This document shows, in pieces, positions 38,937 to 48,387 of a stretch of DNA of 64,000 nt; the first letter of the stretch is position 1, and the number at the start of each line of letters is the position of its first letter. The notes beneath the pieces were generated by a model. It was not told where the DNA came from and made no database searches. It saw only the letters and a program-made list of their open reading frames with translations. This DNA comes from a candidate division FCPU426 bacterium (GTDB lineage Bacteria; Oederibacteriota; JAAXVQ01; JAUVAV01). Made by a program: the position numbers and the translations under genes. The DNA is taken from positions 32,001 through 96,000 of the forward strand of contig JBFLYH010000003.1 in NCBI GenBank assembly GCA_040756875.1, given 5' to 3'.

Positions 38937-39961
38937 GCGATTCCCTCCAAAGCCTGCCGCAGCCACTCCTGCCAGGAAGCGGGGGAAGGCGAAATCTCCA
39001 GGCGAACGTCCAGAATCCAGCCCGGCAGGGATGTTCCCGCGACCGCGGCCAGGCGCACCGCGTCCTTGGCCGTGGTTACGATGCGGGCGCGCAGGGCCGT
39101 GGCGTGGGCCAGCAGGCGCCGGCAATCCGCGGGCCGGAACCAATGATGATCCCGGAAGGCAAAATGCCCCGCGACCTCGGCGCGCAGGCTTTCCAATGTT
39201 TTGATAAACGCCCCGGGCCGCGCGATGCCGCTCACGGCCAGCACGCGCTCGTTGGCCAAGGCGGACAGCGGCGCTTCGGCGCCGGTGGCCAGCTCCCGCA
39301 GGCCGCTGGCCGCGTGACGCGACTGCCAGACCGGTTTCTCCGGATACCAGCGCCGCAGGTCCGCCAGCAGGGGCGCGGGATCCTGCTGGTCGCAGCGCGT
39401 GAGCAAAAGCGCGCCGGCTTCAGCCAGCGCGGCCACGGGTTCCCGCAGCCGGCCGGCGGGCAGCAGGTCGCCGCCGCCGAAAGGGTCCGTGGCGTCCAGA
39501 AGCACCAGGTCCGCGTCGCGGTGGATCTGGTCCCGCCGCTGAAAACCGTCGTCCAGCACCACGGAGCGGCAGCCCAGTTGTTCGCGGGCCATCCGGCACG
39601 AGGCCGCGCGGTCCGCGCCCACCACCACGGCCACGCCCGCCAGGCGCTGCGCGAGCAAATACGGTTCGTCGCCGGCCGCCTGCACGTTCACGACCGGGCC
39701 TTCGCCGCGCGAGACGACCAGCACCGCCTCCCGGCTCCGGCGGCCGTAGCCGCGCGACAACACCGCGGGCCGCAGGCCGCGGTCCCGCAGCCATTCCGCA
39801 ATCAGGGCCACAGCCTCGGTTTTGCCCGTGCCGCCGACCGTCAGATTGCCTACGGACACCGTGGCCAGGCCGAGGCGTGTAGCCGGCCGGCGCTTGAGCC
39901 AGGCGCGGCGCGCGGCCACGCCCAGGCCGTAGAGCCAGCTCAGCGGGCAGAGGCTTACCAT
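38933..39961 (-). CDS. lpxK: Tetraacyldisaccharide 4'-kinase
   Basis: SVGNLTVGGTGKT, LSRGYG, GDEP, LDDGFQ, LLPAGRLREP, FRDHH, TTAKDAV. Confidence 0.95.
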   Translation of the reverse strand: MVSLCPLSWLYGLGVAARRAWLKRRPATRLGLATVSVGNLTVGGTGKTEAVALIAEWLRDRGLRPAVLSRGYGRRSREAVLVVSRGEGPVVNVQAAGDEPYLLAQRLAGVAVVVGADRAASCRMAREQLGCRSVVLDDGFQRRDQIHRDADLVLLDATDPFGGGDLLPAGRLREPVAALAEAGALLLTRCDQQDPAPLLADLRRWYPEKPVWQSRHAASGLRELATGAEAPLSALANERVLAVSGIARPGAFIKTLESLRAEVAGHFAFRDHHWFRPADCRRLLAHATALRARIVTTAKDAVRLAAVAGTSLPGWILDVRLEISPSPASWQEWLRQALEGIA

Positions 39962-41361
39962 TCCGGCCAGTCTTCGGGCAGTTTTTCCACGGCCGCGGGC
40001 CGCGGCGCCTGGGCCAGCGACTCCTGCCGCCACCTGCGCACTTCCCCGGCCCACTGCTTGATCAACATGAGCTTTTGCAGCATTTCCACGGTCTCCACGG
40101 CCCCGCCCTGGGACGCAGCCACCACGTCCCTGGCTTTGCCGCCCCGGCGTTTGGCTTCCCGGGAATCGGCCAGGAGCCGGATGACCGCCTGGGCCAGGTC
40201 GCTGGCCTGGGTGACGACCTGCGCACCGCCGGCCGCGGTCAACGCGGCCACGGCCTGGCTGAAGTGTTCGGTATGCGGGCCGACCAGCACCGGCACGCCC
40301 CAGGCCGCGGGTTCGAGCGGGTTGTGGCCGCCGAACGGCATGAGGCTTCCGCCCACGAACGCCACGTTGGCCAACCCGTAGAATTTGGCGAGTTCTCCCA
40401 TGGTGTCCACCAGGATCACCGGAAAATCCAGGAGCTCCTTGGCCACCCGGGACCTGAGGGCATAAGCCAGGCGCCGCTCGCCGAGCAGGCGCTGGATTTC
40501 CTTGATCCGCTCCAGGTGGCGGACCGCCAGGATCAGCAGGGCCGAAGGCTGGGCGGCCAGCACCTGCTGGAAAGCTTCCACGACGATCGCTTCCTCGCCC
40601 GGCCGGGTGCTGCCGGCCACCCACACGGGCCGGTCCGGCGCCAGGCGCAGCTCCGCGCGCAGGGGCTCCAGGTCCGTTTCCACTGGCACGTCGAACTTGA
40701 CGTTGCCGATGACTTTGACGCGCTGCGGATTGGCGCCCAGGGCCTGGAACCGCTCCTGGTCCTTTTCGGTCTGCACGGCCAGCAGGTCGAAGCGTTCCAA
40801 CAGCCGGCGGATCAGGGGTTGGAGCCGGCGGTAGCGGCTGAAGCTGCGCTCGGACATGCGGCCGTTGATGAGCGCGAGCTGGCTGCCGTGGCGTTTGACC
40901 TGGCGCGCGAAGTTCGGCCACAATTCGGTCTCCGCGATGGCCACCAGCTGGGGCTCGGCCACGTTCAGCACGCGGCGCGCGGCCCCGTAAAAATCCAGCG
41001 GCAGCAGCAGGGTCGCGGCCGCAAAGGGGATCTGCCGCTTGGCCTGTTCCTGCCCGCTCTGGGTCATGGTGGAAACCAGCAGGCTCCACTGGGGGTTCCG
41101 GTCGTGGAGCTGGCGCGCCACCGGCGCGATGGCCGCGATCTCGCCCACGCTGGCCGCGTGCAGCCAGACTCGCGGCCTGGGCGCGGCTTGGATGGTTTCG
41201 CGCAGGGACTTGGGCAGGAACCCCAGGCGCTGGCCCAGGCCCTTGGCCAGCTTGGGGCGGACCGCAAAAGCAGCTAGCCAGACCGGCAGGCTCGCCAGAC
41301 CGATCAGGGGCAGAACCAGGTTATACAGCAGCTGCACGGGAATGCCTTTCGCGTTTTTCAT
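39955..41361 (-). CDS. waaA: 3-deoxy-D-manno-octulosonic-acid transferase
   Basis: WLHAASVGE, ETELWPN, GNVKFD, GGHNPLEPA. Confidence 0.96.
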   Translation of the reverse strand: MKNAKGIPVQLLYNLVLPLIGLASLPVWLAAFAVRPKLAKGLGQRLGFLPKSLRETIQAAPRPRVWLHAASVGEIAAIAPVARQLHDRNPQWSLLVSTMTQSGQEQAKRQIPFAAATLLLPLDFYGAARRVLNVAEPQLVAIAETELWPNFARQVKRHGSQLALINGRMSERSFSRYRRLQPLIRRLLERFDLLAVQTEKDQERFQALGANPQRVKVIGNVKFDVPVETDLEPLRAELRLAPDRPVWVAGSTRPGEEAIVVEAFQQVLAAQPSALLILAVRHLERIKEIQRLLGERRLAYALRSRVAKELLDFPVILVDTMGELAKFYGLANVAFVGGSLMPFGGHNPLEPAAWGVPVLVGPHTEHFSQAVAALTAAGGAQVVTQASDLAQAVIRLLADSREAKRRGGKARDVVAASQGGAVETVEMLQKLMLIKQWAGEVRRWRQESLAQAPRPAAVEKLPEDWPEW

Positions 41362-41365
41362 CGTG

Positions 41366-41395
41366 CGTAGGGGCGTTCACTTGACCGCCCCTACG
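41366..41395. repeat. GTAG-type REP palindrome; supplies the lpxB stop codon
   Basis: cgtaggggcg-ttcacttgac-cgcccctacg. Confidence 0.75.
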
Positions 41396-42545
41396 AGGGA
41401 TTCTTTTTCGCAGACAAAAAATCCAGGATCTCGCCGGCGGCCCGCTCCGCGACGCCCGGTCCGCCCAGATGCTTCCGCAAATCATCCCAGGCCCGGCGCT
41501 GCGCCTGGGCGGCCGCCGAATCGGTCAGGAGTCTGACCGCGGCCGCAAAGACCGCCTCAGCCGTGTATTCGTGCTGCAGGAATTCAGGGGCGACCCGCTC
41601 GCCGGCCACCAGGTTGGCCAGGCCGAAAAAATCCAGCTTAACGAAACGCCGGGCCAGCCAGTAACTGACGGACTGCATGCGGTAGACGATGAGCTGGGGC
41701 GTGCCCAGGAGCGCGGTCTCCAGGGTGGCGGTCCCCGAGGAAACGATGGCCAGGTCCGCGGCTGCCCGGGCGGCAAACGGCCGTTCGCGCACCAGCACGG
41801 CCGGGCACCTGGCCGCGGTCAGCAGGCCGGCCACGCGCGCTTCGGACACGGTCCGGGCCAGGGGCAGGATCAGACGGCAGCCGGGAAACCGCTCGGTCAG
41901 GCGCCGCCCGGCCTCGGCCATGGCCGGCAGGATGAATTCGATCTCCTGGGACCGGCTGCCCGGCAGGAGCGCGACCAGGGGGCCGGCCGCCCCGGCCAGC
42001 AGTCGCCGCCGTTCCTCCTGCGGATCGGTTTCCAGCTTGACTTGGTCCACCAGGGGGTTGCCCACGAACGCCACGGGGATCCCCGCCTCGCGGTAGATCG
42101 CCTCCTCGAACGGCAGGATGACGAGCATCCGGTCCACCAGGCGGCGCAGGGTGTTGATCCGGCCCCGGCGCCAGGCCCAGATCTGCGGGCTGATGTAATA
42201 CACCACCGGGATGCCCAGGGCCTTGGCCATGGCGCCGATGCGGAAATTCAGGTCCGGGAGGTCGATCAGCACGACCGCGTCCGGCCGCTCGCGCCGCAGG
42301 AGGTCGCGCGCGCAGCGCAGGGCCCGCAGGAAAGAACCGAGCTTGCGCAGCGCCTCGGTGATGCCGATGACCGCGTGCGACACCAGGTCGAATTCCACGC
42401 GCGCGCCGGCCTGCCGCAGCCGCTCGCCGCCCAGGGCCAGGACCTGCAGGCCGGGACGGCGTTGGCGCAGCGCGGCCACCAGGTCCGCGCCGTGCTGGTC
42501 GCCGGAAGCCTCTCCGGCCACGACCAGGATCTTGGGTTCCGCCAT
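41391..42545 (-). CDS. lpxB: Lipid-A-disaccharide synthase
   Basis: VAGEASGD, YYISPQIWAWR, ILPFE, LLPGSRSQE, SGTATLE. Confidence 0.96.
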   Translation of the reverse strand: MAEPKILVVAGEASGDQHGADLVAALRQRRPGLQVLALGGERLRQAGARVEFDLVSHAVIGITEALRKLGSFLRALRCARDLLRRERPDAVVLIDLPDLNFRIGAMAKALGIPVVYYISPQIWAWRRGRINTLRRLVDRMLVILPFEEAIYREAGIPVAFVGNPLVDQVKLETDPQEERRRLLAGAAGPLVALLPGSRSQEIEFILPAMAEAGRRLTERFPGCRLILPLARTVSEARVAGLLTAARCPAVLVRERPFAARAAADLAIVSSGTATLETALLGTPQLIVYRMQSVSYWLARRFVKLDFFGLANLVAGERVAPEFLQHEYTAEAVFAAAVRLLTDSAAAQAQRRAWDDLRKHLGGPGVAERAAGEILDFLSAKKNPS

Positions 42546-42547
42546 GG

Positions 42548-43534
42548 TCACGCCCGGGCGTAGAAATTCTGCTTGCGGATCTGGGCCGTGATGTCCAAGG
42601 CCACGGCCAGGGCCTGCCGCCCCACCTCGCCCGTCACTTCGGGAACCTGGCCCAGGCGGACCGAATCTACGAACGCGCTCAGTTCCAGCATCAGCGGTTC
42701 CCGCTTGCCAAAGGTCAGCCGCTCGCGTTCGATCAGATGCATCAGGTTCTGGTCGTTGGGCGCGGCCCCGGGCTTCAGGCGGTAAATCGTCATCTCCTGT
42801 TTTTGGTAATCCAGGCTGATGTAGCTCCCCGGCGAGAAGATCCTGATCTTGCGCTGGGCTTCCAAAGTCACCCTCGAGGCCGTGACATTGGCCACGCAGC
42901 CGTTGGCGAAAGTCAGACGGGCGTTGGCGATGTCCTCGTAATCCGAAAGGATCTGCACGCCCGTGCCTTCCACCCGCGCGACCGGCGAGTTGACGAGGTG
43001 CAGCAGGATGTCCAGGTCGTGGATCATCAGGTCCAGGGTGACCCCGATGTCCGTGTTGCGCTGGGAGAACGGCCCCAGCCGGTGGACTTCGACGAACCCC
43101 GGCGCAGTCAGGAAGCGCTTCAATTCCTGAAAGGCCTCGTTGAAGCGCTCGATGTGCCCGATCTGGAACACGCTCCCGCTTTGCTGGGCCAGGGCGACCA
43201 GCTCGTCCGCCTCCTCCAGGGTCCGGGTCATGGGTTTTTCCAGCAGCACGTGCACGCCCTGCTGCAGAAAGGGGCGCGTCACGGAAAAATGGAGCCACGT
43301 GGGGACCACGATGGAGACCAGGTCCACCTGGCCGAGCAGGGCCTGGGGGTCGGTGTACGCCTGGCAGTGGTGGCGCTTGGCCACTTCCTTGGCCCGCTGT
43401 TCGTTCGCATCCACCACGCCGACCAGGGAAACGCCCGGAATTTGCGTGTATACACGGGCATGATGCTGGCCGAGACTGCCCACGCCCACTACGCCCGCGC
43501 GCAACGGCTTGGCGCCCGCGCTTGCATCTGACAT
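42548..43534 (-). CDS. Gfo/Idh/MocA oxidoreductase, GnnA-like (UDP-GlcNAc 3-dehydrogenase candidate)
   Basis: GVGSLG, EKP, GHIERFN, DLMIHDLD; directly upstream of lpxB. Confidence 0.8.
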   Translation of the reverse strand: MSDASAGAKPLRAGVVGVGSLGQHHARVYTQIPGVSLVGVVDANEQRAKEVAKRHHCQAYTDPQALLGQVDLVSIVVPTWLHFSVTRPFLQQGVHVLLEKPMTRTLEEADELVALAQQSGSVFQIGHIERFNEAFQELKRFLTAPGFVEVHRLGPFSQRNTDIGVTLDLMIHDLDILLHLVNSPVARVEGTGVQILSDYEDIANARLTFANGCVANVTASRVTLEAQRKIRIFSPGSYISLDYQKQEMTIYRLKPGAAPNDQNLMHLIERERLTFGKREPLMLELSAFVDSVRLGQVPEVTGEVGRQALAVALDITAQIRKQNFYARA

Positions 43535-43568
43535 GTTGGCATTACCTCCTTGCGGTTCGGGGAAAACG

Positions 43569-43597
43569 ATTATCCGACCCGCGTTTGGCCCTGTCAA
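43569..43597 (-). promoter_or_regulatory. Candidate sigma70 promoter for the lipid A/LPS operon
   Basis: TTGACA-N17-GATAAT. Confidence 0.55.
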
Positions 43598-43606
43598 GCC
43601 CTTCGG

Positions 43607-44893
43607 TCAGGCGCTCTCCGGCGATTCCTGGCGCCATTCCCGCTGCCATTGCCGCACTTTTTGCAGGAATTTGGGCGGCAGTTCGATCCGCAGGGTGATG
43701 ACCTTGGGCCCGTAAGTCTCCGAAAGCACGCGCCCGCGCTTGAGCAGCTGGGCCCTGGCCTCCGCGCGGTGGTAAGGCAGGCGCAGGGTCACGGCCTGCC
43801 AGTCCGAGGCCAGGCGGGCGGCCACGGCCCGGCGCAATTCGTCCAGGCCTTCTCCGGTCAGGGCCGACACCTGCAGGGCCTCCGGGAACTGGTAGCGCAG
43901 ACGCCGCTGCAGCCCCGCGCTGAATTTGTCTCGTTTGTTGAAGACCAGGATATTGGGCTTGGCGCCGGCCTCCAATTCCTCCAGCACCTGGTCCACGGTG
44001 CGGGCCTGGGCCTCCCAGTCCGGATGCGACCCGTCCACCACGTGCAGCAGCAGGTCCGCGAACTTCACTTCTTCCAGCGTGCCGCGGAACGCGGCCACGA
44101 GGTGGTGCGGCAGCCGCCGGATGAAGCCTACGGTGTCCGTTAAAAGCGCCTCCTGGGAAGGCGGCAGCACCAGCCGCCGCGTGGACAAATCCAGGGTCGC
44201 GAACAGCTTGTCCTCCACGAACGCCTGACTGCCGGTCAGGGCCCGCAGCAGGGCGGATTTGCCCGCGTTGGTATAGCCCACCAGGGAGACCAGGGGCAGG
44301 GGCACGGTCCCCCGGTCCTGGCGGTGCAACTGCCGGGTCCGGCGCAGGGCTTCCAACTGCCGGCGAAGCACGGCGATGCGGTCGCGGACGCGGCGGCGGT
44401 CGTATTCCAGCTTGGTTTCGCCCGGGCCGCGGGTCGCGCCGCGCGTGGCAATGCCTCCGCCGCCCAGCCGCGACATCTCCAGCCCCTTGCCGATGAGCCT
44501 CGGCAGCAGGTAGGTCAATTGCGCCAGTTCGACCTGGATCTTGCCCTCGTGGGACTTGGCGCGCCGCGCGAAAATGTCCAGAATCAGCTGGGTGCGGTCC
44601 ATCACAGCCAGGCCTATGGCCCGCTCCAGGTTGCGCTGCTGCATGGGTTTCAGTTCGTGATCCACGACCAGCAGCGTGGCCTGGTGATCAGCGGCCAGTT
44701 TCTTCAGCTCCTGCGCCTGCCCCGGCCCCAGGAACAGGGCCGCGTCCGGGTGCGGCCGGGTGAAGGCGTGCGACCCCACCACGGCCATGCCCGCGGTCTC
44801 GGCCAGACGGTGCAATTCCAGCAGGGACTCGCGGGAATCCGCGGGGCCTTCCATGTAGGACAAACTGGTGAGAAAGCTGCGCTCGGCGATCAT
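43607..44893 (-). CDS. hflX: GTPase HflX
   Basis: GPGETKLE, GYTNAGKS, LFATLD, DTVGF, NKRD. Confidence 0.96.
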   Translation of the reverse strand: MIAERSFLTSLSYMEGPADSRESLLELHRLAETAGMAVVGSHAFTRPHPDAALFLGPGQAQELKKLAADHQATLLVVDHELKPMQQRNLERAIGLAVMDRTQLILDIFARRAKSHEGKIQVELAQLTYLLPRLIGKGLEMSRLGGGGIATRGATRGPGETKLEYDRRRVRDRIAVLRRQLEALRRTRQLHRQDRGTVPLPLVSLVGYTNAGKSALLRALTGSQAFVEDKLFATLDLSTRRLVLPPSQEALLTDTVGFIRRLPHHLVAAFRGTLEEVKFADLLLHVVDGSHPDWEAQARTVDQVLEELEAGAKPNILVFNKRDKFSAGLQRRLRYQFPEALQVSALTGEGLDELRRAVAARLASDWQAVTLRLPYHRAEARAQLLKRGRVLSETYGPKVITLRIELPPKFLQKVRQWQREWRQESPESA

Positions 44894-44956
44894 GGATTGG
44901 GATGATTATACCGGAAATTGCCAGCCCCTGGCACAGGCATTTTATATATAGGAAAG

Positions 44957-44986
44957 CGCGGGGGCGTTCACATGAACGCCCCCGCG
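44957..44986. repeat. REP-like perfect palindrome, same family as 41366-41395
   Basis: cgcgggggcgttca-ca-tgaacgcccccgcg in the hflX/FN3 divergent region. Confidence 0.7.
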
Positions 44987-45051
44987 AAAAGATGGACCCG
45001 CAGCCCAAGCGTATGGTACGATGCCTGAAAAACCCACGAGGTGCCAATCCC

Positions 45052-47577
45052 ATGCGATTTTCACGGCCTTTTTCCACTCTGGCCTTGCTGGCCGCCCTGC
45101 CCTGGCTGGCAGGCGCCGCTGCCCCGGCTGCGGCCCCCAAACCCCTGCAGGTCAAGCTGTCCGGCGCCCAGGAAACCAGCCTGCAAGCCCAGTGGACCGC
45201 TGTTTCCGGCGCCACGGGTTACGAACTGTCCTGGGGACTGGGGCCGGACGCCTCGCAAGCCGGCCAGGCCAGCCTTACGGAAACCAAGAACCGGATCAAG
45301 GACCTTCTGCCCGGCACAGTGTACTACTTCAAAGTCCGCGCCCTGACGGGTAAAACCACCGGGGACTGGAGCCCGGCGGCCTCATTGTCCACGGCCATGC
45401 CCAAACTCGACCCGCCGGTTCCCGGCGAAGTGCTCGATGCCCGGGCCGAACTCGCGCTCAAGCATCCTTTCCCCAGCCTGGACCAGCGCTGGTTTGAAGT
45501 CAGCTATGGCACGGACCGCCAGGCCGCGAACGTCGGCGTGGAAAAAACCCGCACCGCGTCCGCGCACCTGGGCAAGCTCAAACCCGACACCGCGTATTGG
45601 GTCAAAGTCCGCGTCTGCAACGCTTCCGCCAACGGCCCGTGGAGCGACGCCGTTTCCCTGACCACCCTGCCCTATTCCCCGGGCCAAGCTCCCGAGGGCC
45701 TGGCGGTGAAGAACCTGGCTCCGGGTCGGGTGGAGGCCACTTGGCAGCGCGTGGCTGCCGCGGAAAAATACGAAGTGGGGTTCGCCCTCGACGCCTCGCT
45801 CATGGACCGGAAGTCCTCGGTCACCAACGCCACCCGCGCGGAACTGACGCTCGCGCCCAACACCCGCTATTTCTTCAAAGTCCGCTCCCTGATCGAAGAC
45901 CGGCCGAGCTATTGGTCCGTGGAAGCCGAACTGTTGTCCCTGCCCGACACGCCGCGGGAATTGAAGCTGGACAACCGCAGCCAGCAGCAAATCATCATCA
46001 GCTGGCGGCCCGGGACAGGTTCGGACGAGACGCAGCTGTATGAAGTGGCCTGGGACGGCGGCCTGAAAGGCTCCACGCTCACCGCCATGACCAACCTTTC
46101 CCTGGAGGGGTTGCCGGCCGGGCGTTCCTTCTCCTTCAGGGTCCGCAGCCGCAACGACAGCGGCGCGAGTCCTTGGAGCCAGACCTTGAACGTTTCGACC
46201 CAGTCCCTGCCGCCTGCCGTGACCGGCGTCCGCATTGAACGGACCGAAAAGGAGCAGGCCCAGGTCACCTGGTCCCAGCAGGGCGGGGCCCGGGCCTACG
46301 AAGTGTCCTACGGTTCGGACCCCGAGGCTGAAAACCGGGGATTTTTCGAAACGCCCCGGCCTCCCGCGCTGCTGCGCGACCTGCTGCCGGGCGTGACCTA
46401 TCAGGCCAAGGTGCGTCCGATCCTGATTGACCAAACCCCGGGCGCGTGGTCCCAGCCCGTCACGTTCGCGACCCTGGGCGTTCCCTCGGACGTGGAAGGG
46501 TTTCTGTTGGCCGGCCAAGCCGGCCGCGAAGCGAACTTCACCTGGCAATCCGGCGGGGTGGAAGCTTACGAATTGGAAATCCGCATGCCCTCGGACATGT
46601 CCCTGGGGCGGATCATCAAGGCGGCCAAGCCTCCGGCCAAAGTGAGCGGGTTGGAGCCCAACCACGAATACCGCGCCGCCATTCGCGCCTGCCAGGGCGA
46701 CAGCGCCGGCCCCTGGTCTGAACCCGTGTCCTTCACCACCCTGCCCCAGCAGGCGCCGGCCCGGGTCAGCGTCAGCGGCGTTACGGCTGCCGAGGCCACA
46801 GTGACCTGGGAGCGCCTTCCCGGCCCGGTGGCTGCGACCTACAACGTACGCTGGGCTGCCGCCGGCCAGGAATGGCAGCAACGGACTTCCCTTTCCAGCC
46901 TGGCCGCCACCTTGTCGCCCCTGGACCCCAACCTGACTTACCGGGTTGAAGTGCAGGCCCAAAACGCGGGCGGCGCCGGCCCCTGGAGCCCGGAGACGAC
47001 CTTTCGCACGCCCAATGCCCCGCCCCAGTACCCGCCCGAGCGGCTGCGCGTGGACCAGGTGACAGACCTGTCGGCGCGCGTCTCCTGGCGGCCTGTTCCC
47101 GGCGCCCAGGGTTACCACCTGGGCCTCGGCCTGACCAGCGATGTCAGCGACCGCCCGCAGGTCGTCTCGGGCGAGACGCATCAAACTCTGCGCAACCTCG
47201 TCCCCGAGACCAATTACTACGTCAAGGTCCGCGCTTACAACGCCACGGGCGAAGGTCCCTGGACCGAAGCGCTATGGTTTTCCACGCCGCCCTCGCCGCC
47301 CATTACCGCGCCCACCCAGTCGGCCATCGGCAACGTCAAGACGCGCTCCCTGGTGCTGTCCTGGGACGCGGATCCCAAGGCCCTGCGTTATGAAGTGAGC
47401 ATCGGCACGGACGCCCTGGGCGAGGACCAGGGCCCGCCGCAAGTCAGCCATGATGCCACCTTTACGTTCGTCAACCTCCAGCCCAACACCACTTACCGGG
47501 CCAAAGTCCGCCTGGTCAACAGCGGCGGGCAAGGGCCGTGGAGCCAAGTCCGCATCGCCACCACCCTGCCGGAGTGA
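45052..47577 (+). CDS. Secreted protein of about nine tandem fibronectin type III domains
   Basis: Signal peptide MRFSRPFSTLALLAALPWLAGA; repeated L.P.T.Y..KVRA.N..G.GPWS units. Confidence 0.88.
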   Translation: MRFSRPFSTLALLAALPWLAGAAAPAAAPKPLQVKLSGAQETSLQAQWTAVSGATGYELSWGLGPDASQAGQASLTETKNRIKDLLPGTVYYFKVRALTGKTTGDWSPAASLSTAMPKLDPPVPGEVLDARAELALKHPFPSLDQRWFEVSYGTDRQAANVGVEKTRTASAHLGKLKPDTAYWVKVRVCNASANGPWSDAVSLTTLPYSPGQAPEGLAVKNLAPGRVEATWQRVAAAEKYEVGFALDASLMDRKSSVTNATRAELTLAPNTRYFFKVRSLIEDRPSYWSVEAELLSLPDTPRELKLDNRSQQQIIISWRPGTGSDETQLYEVAWDGGLKGSTLTAMTNLSLEGLPAGRSFSFRVRSRNDSGASPWSQTLNVSTQSLPPAVTGVRIERTEKEQAQVTWSQQGGARAYEVSYGSDPEAENRGFFETPRPPALLRDLLPGVTYQAKVRPILIDQTPGAWSQPVTFATLGVPSDVEGFLLAGQAGREANFTWQSGGVEAYELEIRMPSDMSLGRIIKAAKPPAKVSGLEPNHEYRAAIRACQGDSAGPWSEPVSFTTLPQQAPARVSVSGVTAAEATVTWERLPGPVAATYNVRWAAAGQEWQQRTSLSSLAATLSPLDPNLTYRVEVQAQNAGGAGPWSPETTFRTPNAPPQYPPERLRVDQVTDLSARVSWRPVPGAQGYHLGLGLTSDVSDRPQVVSGETHQTLRNLVPETNYYVKVRAYNATGEGPWTEALWFSTPPSPPITAPTQSAIGNVKTRSLVLSWDADPKALRYEVSIGTDALGEDQGPPQVSHDATFTFVNLQPNTTYRAKVRLVNSGGQGPWSQVRIATTLPE

Positions 47578-47588
47578 GACTGCGAATA

Positions 47589-47730
47589 TGGAGCCCCCCG
47601 GGCATAGCCCGGGGTCCCAGTGAGAACCTCGCATCGCCGGCTCATTAGGCAGGCGACATCCCTGCAACGCTTAAATCGCATTTATCCCTAGGCAAACCCG
47701 GTTTTTTTTGCGTTGCAGGGATAAAAAAAA
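47589..47730. repeat. Dispersed structured element family B, copy 1
   Basis: Shares tggagccccccgg, ccggcYcattMggcaggcgacatc, cctgcaacgc and gcgttgcagggWtaaaaaaaa with 62595-62751. Confidence 0.8.
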
Positions 47731-47762
47731 GCCCCGCACCCTCATGGGTGCGGGGCTTTTTT
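47723..47762. terminator. Bidirectional intrinsic terminator
   Basis: A8-gccccgcaccc-tcat-gggtgcggggc-T6 between convergent genes. Confidence 0.85.
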
Positions 47763-47778
47763 CTCCCCCCCCGTGCTT

Positions 47779-48339
47779 TTACTCGGTCTTATATTTCCGC
47801 CAGCTATCCTTCAGCTTGGCCAGCGCGGCCTGGATTTCCGACCCTTTGGCGGTCTTGCCGCCCGCGCCCTTTTTGGCGGCTTCCATGGCGTCCTCCACCA
47901 GCTTCCGGTTTCGGACCACTTCCTCCCGCCACTGCGAGCTAAGCGTGTTGAACAAATCCACCATGGAAGTGAACTCATCCGAACGCCGCAACTCGATGTG
48001 CTGGGTCAAATCGCCCTCCCGCAGGGCCTTCAGGGTCTGTTCGAAGCGGTACATCGGTCCGGCAATAGTATGCGAGATGAACACGGACAGCAGCGCCGCG
48101 ACCAGCAGGAAAAGGAACAGCAGGAAGACCAGCGTGCGGTTGACGGAAAAAAACAGGGGCGCAAATTGCGAAGCCACGGGCGGGATGTTGTAGAACTGGT
48201 CCATGATCCGCACCCAGGTGGTGTAGTACGCGGTGAAGGCCACGAACAGGGCCATGATCAGGATTCCAAACAGGGTGCGGATGATGAACCGCAGCTGGAA
48301 ATCCTTGTTGATGAGAAAATTCCGCCGACGCCATTTCAT
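47779..48339 (-). CDS. Small two-TM HAMP-domain protein
   Basis: RRNFLINKDFQLRF, two TM helices, SHTIAGPMYRFE...GDLT...LRRSDE HAMP-like motif. Confidence 0.8.
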   Translation of the reverse strand: MKWRRRNFLINKDFQLRFIIRTLFGILIMALFVAFTAYYTTWVRIMDQFYNIPPVASQFAPLFFSVNRTLVFLLFLFLLVAALLSVFISHTIAGPMYRFEQTLKALREGDLTQHIELRRSDEFTSMVDLFNTLSSQWREEVVRNRKLVEDAMEAAKKGAGGKTAKGSEIQAALAKLKDSWRKYKTE

Positions 48340-48387
48340 GGCGCCACCTCCTCGCTAGGAGCCTGAGCACATAGCCGCTCGGGCTCT

